Part shown: in pieces, positions 57,634 to 64,000 of the stretch | How the letters are laid out: the number at the start of each line of letters is the position of its first letter | How positions within the stretch are numbered: position 1 is the first letter of the stretch | Program-made: the position numbers and the translations under genes | The notes under the pieces: generated by a model | Database searches by the model: none | Seen by the model: the letters and a program-made list of their open reading frames with translations, nothing else | Told to the model about the DNA's origin: nothing | NCBI GenBank assembly: GCA_965219345.1 | Contig: OZ244732.1 | Location: 1,807,225-1,871,224 of the forward strand | Source: Nitrosopumilus sp. | GTDB lineage: Archaea; Thermoproteota; Nitrososphaeria; Nitrososphaerales; Nitrosopumilaceae | DNA: 64,000 nt | Direction of reading: 5' to 3'

Positions 57634-58359
57634 GTGCAGAAAGAATTTCCTGAAGCAGAAGTCTTTGAGACAAAGAAAGTAAAATTAAAGAGCCCAATAA
57701 TTTTTGCAGGTTTTGTTGGAGCAGGTCTTGTAGGTCCTCTTGCAATTAATCACATTATTGAGAAATTAAAGATGGAAGAGATTGGAATGATGAGATCAAA
57801 ATATCTTCCCCCATCAACAGTTTTTATGAGAGGGAGATTACGCCATCCATTTAGATTTTATGCAAACCAAGATGGAACAATTTGCGCAATAATTTGTGAG
57901 ATAACATTGAAGATGGAAGGACTTTGGTGTTTGGTATCATCAATTTTAGATTGGGCAGCAGAAAAAGGATCTAAAGAAATTGTAATTCTAGACGGAGTTG
58001 CAAGTACTGAACATGATGACAAGGCATACTGTGCAGCTGAAGAAGATCTAGTAAGAACAATGGCAGACAAAGACATCAGTATGATTCCTCAGGGATTTAT
58101 CACAGGTATTCCAGGTGGTATACTAAATGAATGTCTGGTAAGAGAAATTCAGGGTTTGACTTTATTGGCAAAAGCAGATAAAATATCACCAGATTCTGCG
58201 GCTGCAGCAACTCTGATTGAAGCGCTAAATCGATTCTATGAAATGGATATAGACACAACAGAGCTTAAAGAAGACAAAGAAAGGATTAGCTCAGAATTCA
58301 GTGAGTTGTCTCAGAAATATGTAGAACATAGAGAAGAGACATCTGGAATGTACATGTAA
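57634..58359 (+). CDS. PAC2-family proteasome assembly chaperone
   Basis: GFVGAGLVG, PFRFY, PDSAAA, C-terminal MYM. Confidence 0.88.
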   Translation: MQKEFPEAEVFETKKVKLKSPIIFAGFVGAGLVGPLAINHIIEKLKMEEIGMMRSKYLPPSTVFMRGRLRHPFRFYANQDGTICAIICEITLKMEGLWCLVSSILDWAAEKGSKEIVILDGVASTEHDDKAYCAAEEDLVRTMADKDISMIPQGFITGIPGGILNECLVREIQGLTLLAKADKISPDSAAAATLIEALNRFYEMDIDTTELKEDKERISSEFSELSQKYVEHREETSGMYM

Positions 58360-58406
58360 TCTAAATAATAGGCAAATTCTTATTCACAGCAAATACGCAT
58401 CAAATT

Positions 58407-59429
58407 ATGGCTCTAACCTACAAAAAAGCAGGTGTAGACATTTCTAAAATCAAACAAAGTCAGGCGGCAATTGGCAAATTAATTTCAACTACTCACAAAA
58501 TTCAGAAGAAAGCAAAGATAGCATACGGGTTTGGACATTATGCAGGAATTGTAGAGATTCCAGGTGGAAAACTTTTGGCCACACATACAGATGGTGTTGG
58601 AACCAAAGTAGTGATTGCAAATATGATGAAAAAATACGATACAATAGGAATTGATTGTGTTGCAATGAATGTTAATGATATAATCTGTATTGGTGCAACA
58701 CCAATCTCATTTGTAGATTATATTGCTGCAAACAAAAATGATGTAAAATTATTCAAAAAAATTGTAGAGGGTTTAGTAAAAGGTGCAAAAAAAGCAGCAG
58801 TTCCTATTGTAGGAGGAGAGACTGCAATTATGCCAGATGTAATTGAAGGAACAGGATTCGCATTTGATTTAGCTGGAATGGTTTTAGGATTGGTTTCAAA
58901 AAAAGAGTTGGTTTTAGGAAATAAGATAAAACCAGGAGATGTAATTATTGGTGTAAAAAGTTCTGGAATCCATTCAAATGGTTATTCGCTTGCAAGAAAA
59001 GCTTTATTGAAAAAGTATTCTTTGAAAGACAAGATCAAGGGAGTGGGTGTATTAGGAAATGCTTTGCTTGCCCCTACAGAAATTTATGTAAAACCAGTTT
59101 TAGAAGCAAATCAAAAATGCAAAGTCAATGGTTTGGCACATATCACTGGTGGTTCATTCACAAAACTACTACGGTTAAAAAATATCGGATATGAGATTGA
59201 TACATTGCCAAAAATTCCACCGGTTATGAAACTCATCGAAGAGCAGGGAGTAAAACCAGAGGAGATGTACAAGACGTTCAACATGGGAATTGGTTTTTGT
59301 TTGATCTCACCACAGAATCAAGTTAAAAAAATAAGAAAGATCTTCAAAAAACACAGAATGGCCACATATGAGATTGGTCGTATCACTAAAAAGAAAGGCG
59401 TCTATGTAAACTCTAAAAAAATAGAATAA
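58407..59429 (+). CDS. purM: phosphoribosylformylglycinamidine cyclo-ligase
   Basis: TDGVGTK, GGETA, SSGIHSNGYS, AHITGG, TFNMGIG. Confidence 0.96.
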   Translation: MALTYKKAGVDISKIKQSQAAIGKLISTTHKIQKKAKIAYGFGHYAGIVEIPGGKLLATHTDGVGTKVVIANMMKKYDTIGIDCVAMNVNDIICIGATPISFVDYIAANKNDVKLFKKIVEGLVKGAKKAAVPIVGGETAIMPDVIEGTGFAFDLAGMVLGLVSKKELVLGNKIKPGDVIIGVKSSGIHSNGYSLARKALLKKYSLKDKIKGVGVLGNALLAPTEIYVKPVLEANQKCKVNGLAHITGGSFTKLLRLKNIGYEIDTLPKIPPVMKLIEEQGVKPEEMYKTFNMGIGFCLISPQNQVKKIRKIFKKHRMATYEIGRITKKKGVYVNSKKIE

Positions 59430-59466
59430 ATAGCCTCAATCACAATCAAAATCGAGTAAGATTAGA

Positions 59467-60885
59467 ATGCTGCAAACAAAAATGATGCCAATAATTGGAA
59501 TTGCGATGGTCGGCATAGTCGTTATGCTGTTCACATTACCACAAATGATTGGTTTAGAGTTTACAATAGCAATGGCGATGACCATGTCAGTTTTGATGGG
59601 AATTTATGTAATTTTGGTGACTGAGGTGATACACAGAACAGCACTTGCGATGATTGGTGCACTCATCATCGTTATTGTTCTAATTTACACTGGCTTAATT
59701 CCTGCACATGATAGTGTTGACTTTGTAATAGGTTCCATTGATTTCAACACAATTGGATTACTTTTGGGAATGATGATAATTGTTGGAATTCTTGGAGAGA
59801 CAGGAATTTTTCAGTATATAGGAATCAAGGCAGCGAAACTGTCCAAGGGAAATGTCTGGAAGCTTCTGTTATTGTTGTCAGTTATTACAGCAGTTGGTTC
59901 TGCATTTTTGGATAATGTCACTATGGTTCTGTTAATAGTTCCTGTAACCATCTCTGTTGCAAGAATTCTGAACATAAACCCATTATCCATAATTCTTGCT
60001 GAAATTTTTGCATCAAACATTGGCGGTGCGGCCACTCTCATTGGTGATCCTCCTAACATCATTATTGGATCTGCTGCGAATCTTGATTTTATGAGTTTTG
60101 CATACCACATGACTCCAGAAGTAGTTATCACATTTTTAGCATCACTAGTGGTTCTTAAAATCTTGTTTAGAAAAGATCTTAAACAAAAACCTGAGAATGT
60201 CGATAAACTTATGCAAATTGATGAAAAAAAGGAAATCAAAGATCCTGCACTGCTTAAAAAAAGTGTAGTAGTTCTTTTTGGAGTAGTTATTGCATTTATG
60301 TTACATGGAACTTTAGATATTGAGGTTTCAATTATTGCATTGGCTGGAGCTGCAATTCTTTTGGTAATTACAAAAATTCATCCAGGAAAAGCATTTGTTC
60401 ATGTAGAATGGCCGACCTTGATGTTTTTCGCAGGATTATTCATTATTGTATCAGGTGTTGAATTAACAGGAGCGCTTGAACTCTTTGCTCATCAAATAGT
60501 TATTGCAACGGGTGGTAATTTTGAAGCAACAGCTGTCATGATTATATGGTCATCGGCATTTGCTTCAGCATTTGTTGACAATATTCCCTATACTGCCACT
60601 ATGATTCCAATTATTGAAAACATTTCACTAGACCCAAACATAGCAAGTTATCTAGAACCTCTCTCATTCAATCCTTTGTGGTATGCTTTAGCAATAGGGG
60701 CAGATTTTGGAGGAAATGGAACTTTAATTGGTGCTAGCGCAAATCTTGTAGCTATTGCAGTTGCTGAAAGGCATGGATATCGCATGATGTTCAAAGATTT
60801 CATCATAAAAGGAATGCCCTATATGACAGCAACGGTAGCAATTGGGACAGGAGTATTTTTGGTAAAATTGATGCTAAATGTATAA
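59467..60885 (+). CDS. ArsB/NhaD/SLC13-family ion transporter
   Basis: SAFLDNVT, TLIGDPPN, SAFVDNIP, GASAN. Confidence 0.9.
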   Translation: MLQTKMMPIIGIAMVGIVVMLFTLPQMIGLEFTIAMAMTMSVLMGIYVILVTEVIHRTALAMIGALIIVIVLIYTGLIPAHDSVDFVIGSIDFNTIGLLLGMMIIVGILGETGIFQYIGIKAAKLSKGNVWKLLLLLSVITAVGSAFLDNVTMVLLIVPVTISVARILNINPLSIILAEIFASNIGGAATLIGDPPNIIIGSAANLDFMSFAYHMTPEVVITFLASLVVLKILFRKDLKQKPENVDKLMQIDEKKEIKDPALLKKSVVVLFGVVIAFMLHGTLDIEVSIIALAGAAILLVITKIHPGKAFVHVEWPTLMFFAGLFIIVSGVELTGALELFAHQIVIATGGNFEATAVMIIWSSAFASAFVDNIPYTATMIPIIENISLDPNIASYLEPLSFNPLWYALAIGADFGGNGTLIGASANLVAIAVAERHGYRMMFKDFIIKGMPYMTATVAIGTGVFLVKLMLNV

Positions 60886-60927
60886 CAATTTCTTTGGCTT
60901 TTTATTTGAGATGGTGAGGTATAAAGT

Positions 60928-61227
60928 ATGGTGTTAGACAAAGAATTCAAAACGAAAATAGGTTCGTTGATTGATGAATGCCTTATCCCCCATGGAATTC
61001 AAACACATGAATGTGGTCAAGAACATTGGAAGTTCAGAAATGAGGATGATTTCAAGTACGGTCACAAAGCGGGCGTATTAATAGGAATAACTCTTGGATA
61101 TTATATTGCAAAATATGGTAAACTTCCTGAAGATGAAGATTTAACGGAAATGACACACATGGTTGAATCACGGAAAGAGGAGATCAAAAAAAGTTTTGCA
61201 GACATACACTTTTTCTACAAAGTATAG
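60928..61227 (+). CDS. hypothetical protein
   Basis: 99-aa ORF with upstream GAGGT. Confidence 0.65.
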   Translation: MVLDKEFKTKIGSLIDECLIPHGIQTHECGQEHWKFRNEDDFKYGHKAGVLIGITLGYYIAKYGKLPEDEDLTEMTHMVESRKEEIKKSFADIHFFYKV

Positions 61228-61355
61228 AATCATTACTATTTTGAATTTATTAGAATAGTCTAGCACTAAAAAATTGTAAATTTAATGAATGTTCAGATGT
61301 TCAAACTACAAGCCATATATTCTTAAATTGTATGAAAAAATTGAGATGACAAGAT

Positions 61356-61847
61356 ATGTCAACTGAAACAAACAATGATGCATTCATAACAAATATGCTT
61401 GCAACAATCAAAGAAATTCAAGGAGAACTAAACCAATTAAAAATTATGAAGAGAGGTATTGTGAAAAGAAAAACTAAGAGAAAACCAGCTAGAAGAACTA
61501 AAGCTAAGAGAAAGACAGCTAAGAGAAAACCAGCTAGAAGAACTAAAGCTAAAAGAAAGACAGCTAAGAGAAAACCAGCTAAAAGAACTAAAGCTAAAAG
61601 AAAGACAGCTAAGAGAAAACCAGCTAGAAGAACTAAAGCTAAAAGAAAGACAGCTAAGAGAAAACCAGCTAGAAGAACTAAAGCTAAAAGAAAGACAGCT
61701 AAGAGAAAACCAGCTAGAAGAACTAAAGCTAAAAGAAAGACAGCTAAGAGAAAACCAGCTAGAAGAACTAAAGCTAAAAGAAAGACAGCTAAGAGAAAAC
61801 CAGCTAGAAGAACTAAAGCTAAAAGAAAGACAGCTAGGCGAAGATAG
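61356..61847 (+). CDS. histone H1-like Lys/Arg-rich repeat protein
   Basis: Short coiled-coil N-terminus + (KRKTAKRKPARRTKA) repeats. Confidence 0.75.
   Translation: MSTETNNDAFITNMLATIKEIQGELNQLKIMKRGIVKRKTKRKPARRTKAKRKTAKRKPARRTKAKRKTAKRKPAKRTKAKRKTAKRKPARRTKAKRKTAKRKPARRTKAKRKTAKRKPARRTKAKRKTAKRKPARRTKAKRKTAKRKPARRTKAKRKTARRR
61464..61844 (+). repeat. 45-bp coding tandem repeat, ~8.5 units
   Basis: AAAAGAAAGACAGCTAAGAGAAAACCAGCTAGAAGAACTAAAGCT units, nearly identical. Confidence 0.95.
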
Positions 61848-61903
61848 ATTTCAACTAAGCCAAGTTATTTAACGAATTTATGTCCAGATTAGTGTGATAA
61901 TTC

Positions 61904-63490
61904 ATGAGTAAACTAGATTCTGTTTTTTCCAAGGCATGTAGTGAAATCACTCAGAATCTACTAACAATTAATGAGCCTAGCAAAAAGCAGGTAAAACAAG
62001 AAATCATAAAAATCTGTGCTAAATATGCACTAGAAAGAATTCCCAGAAACCATGAAATTCTATCAATGGCGAAAGAATCTGATTTTAATAAATTAAGAAA
62101 AGTTTTGTTGAAAAAGCCAGTTAAAACTGCATCAGGAGTAGCAGTGATTGCACTCATGCCAAAACCATATGCATGTCCTCATGGTAGATGCACATATTGT
62201 CCAGGTGGAATTGAATTTAATACTCCAAATAGTTACACGGGAAAAGAACCATCCACACTTAACGCAATTGGAAATGAATATGATCCTAAATTACAAATCA
62301 CATCAAAGATCGACAAGCTGATTGCATTTGGACATGACATATCTAAAATGGAGATTGTAATTGTCGGAGGTACTTTTCTCTTTATGCCAAAAGACTATCA
62401 AGAAAATTTTATCAAATCATGTTATGATGCACTGAATGGAACAGATTCAAAAGATTTGCAAGAAGCCAAATCAAATAACGAGCACGCAGAGATAAGAAAT
62501 GTAGGATTCACAATTGAAACAAAGCCAGACTACTGTAAGAAAGAACATGTAGATTTAATGTTAAACTATGGAATCACAAGAATAGAGATTGGCGTTCAAT
62601 CATTACAAGAACTAGTTTATGAAATAGTTAACAGAGGTCACAACTATAATGACGTAATAGAATCATTTCAGATTTCAAAAGATGCAGGATACAAGATTGT
62701 TGCACACATGATGCCAGGTTTACCTACAATGACTCCAGAAGGAGACATTGCAGATTTTAAAAAACTATTTTCTGATTCGCAGTTACGTCCAGACATGTTA
62801 AAGATTTATCCATCATTAGTAATTGAGAACACTCCACTCTATGAGGATTACAAACAAGGAAAATACACTCCATATTCTGATGAAGACATGATCAGAGTGT
62901 TAACAGAAGCAAAAAAGAATGTTCCAAAATGGGTTAGAATCATGCGTGTACAAAGGGAAATTTCTCCAGGGGAGATCATTGCAGGGCCAAAATCAGGCAA
63001 TCTAAGGCAAATTGTACATCAGAATTTAGCCGGACAGGGACTATCATGTAGGTGTATCAGGTGCAGAGAAGTAGGCCTCTCTAACAAAAAATCAGACGGA
63101 AGAGATGTGAAACTAAACAGAATAGATTATGACTCCTCAGGCGGAAAAGAGGTCTTCTTGTCTTACGAGGACAAAAATGAGTCCATCTATGGATTTTTGA
63201 GATTAAGGAAACCGAGTATTGATGCTCACAGAGACGAGATAGATCAAGACACTTGTATTGTAAGAGAGATTCATGTATATGGAAAATCATTGAAGGTTGG
63301 AGAAAAAGAAGAAAACGAGATTCAACATTCCGGGCTAGGAAAAAATTTGATGAGAGAAGCAGAAAAAATTTCCAAGGAAGAGTTTGATGCAAAGAAAATT
63401 CTAGTAATCAGTGCAATTGGTACAAGAGAATATTATCAAAAGTTAGGGTATTCGTTATATGGACCATACATGTACAAGACGTTGAACTAA
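61904..63490 (+). CDS. elp3: tRNA U34 carboxymethylation radical SAM/GNAT enzyme
   Basis: CPHGRCTYCPGG, ETKPD, KIYP, CRCIRCRE, RE.HVYG, QHSGLG. Confidence 0.95.
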   Translation: MSKLDSVFSKACSEITQNLLTINEPSKKQVKQEIIKICAKYALERIPRNHEILSMAKESDFNKLRKVLLKKPVKTASGVAVIALMPKPYACPHGRCTYCPGGIEFNTPNSYTGKEPSTLNAIGNEYDPKLQITSKIDKLIAFGHDISKMEIVIVGGTFLFMPKDYQENFIKSCYDALNGTDSKDLQEAKSNNEHAEIRNVGFTIETKPDYCKKEHVDLMLNYGITRIEIGVQSLQELVYEIVNRGHNYNDVIESFQISKDAGYKIVAHMMPGLPTMTPEGDIADFKKLFSDSQLRPDMLKIYPSLVIENTPLYEDYKQGKYTPYSDEDMIRVLTEAKKNVPKWVRIMRVQREISPGEIIAGPKSGNLRQIVHQNLAGQGLSCRCIRCREVGLSNKKSDGRDVKLNRIDYDSSGGKEVFLSYEDKNESIYGFLRLRKPSIDAHRDEIDQDTCIVREIHVYGKSLKVGEKEENEIQHSGLGKNLMREAEKISKEEFDAKKILVISAIGTREYYQKLGYSLYGPYMYKTLN

Positions 63491-63499
63491 GGAATAAAA

Positions 63500-64000
63500 A
63501 TGTCAGAGCAAGAAGTTATTGGAAAGGGAACTTGGATAGACAAATTATCTAATGAATTAATTGAACGTGAAAAATCTCTTGAAAGAAATTTAGATATCCT
63601 TAGAGTTGAAAGTGGCCTTGGCGCATCAGGAGTTCCACATATTGGAAGTTTGGGAGATGCAGTAAGGGCATACGGAGTTAAATTAGCATTAGAGAATTTT
63701 GGTTACAAATCAGAACTAATTGCTTATTCGGATGATCTAGATGGATTAAGAAAAATTCCAGAAGGATTTCCAGATTCTCTAGAAGAGCACTTGGCAAAAC
63801 CAGTATCATTAATTCCAGATCCTTTTGGATGTCATGAATCATACGGCATGCATATGAGTAGTATTCTTTTAGATGGACTTGACAAGGTTGGAATAAAATA
63901 TGAGTTTAGAAGAGCTGTTGACACTTACAAGCAAGGGTTGCTAAAAGATCAAATCCACACAATCTTACAAAATAGTACAAAGATCGGAGAAAAAATTGCA
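63500..64000 (+). CDS. lysS: class I lysyl-tRNA synthetase, partial (runs off window end)
   Basis: Manual translation: TWIDK..ESGLGASGVPHIGS..SDDLDGLRKIP..IPDPFGCH. Confidence 0.92.
   Translation, partial: MSEQEVIGKGTWIDKLSNELIEREKSLERNLDILRVESGLGASGVPHIGSLGDAVRAYGVKLALENFGYKSELIAYSDDLDGLRKIPEGFPDSLEEHLAKPVSLIPDPFGCHESYGMHMSSILLDGLDKVGIKYEFRRAVDTYKQGLLKDQIHTILQNSTKIGEKIA

Overview
This is an AT-rich archaeal chromosome segment with a Nitrosopumilaceae (Thaumarchaeota) gene set: thaumarchaeosortase, TFB, TBP, SUI1, Sec61beta, cofC/D/G/H, purM, Elp3, class I LysRS, RNase P RNA and tRNA-Pro. Three accessory insertions interrupt it. (1) At ~15978-20700, two convergent, GC-richer, secreted serpins with predicted P1=Asp reactive loops are bracketed by four related MITE-like elements. 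(2) At 25375-26492, a sulfotransferase cassette sits between 27-bp direct repeats. (3) At ~34090-45170, an island carries IS481, a translationally coupled four-gene candidate defence operon (Panacea/SocA-like, membrane protein, PD-(D/E)XK, TGT-like Zn/TIM barrel) and a three-level nest of mobile elements: IS5 > IS630 > a 4.57-kb IS6-like transposon carrying an 11-bp x12 repeat array and an MmeI-like type IIL restriction-modification gene. The combination of serpins, sulfotransferase, RM and IS load suggests a host-associated (e.g. sponge) lineage; this is inference. All family calls come from motif recognition by eye, and no database searches were run.
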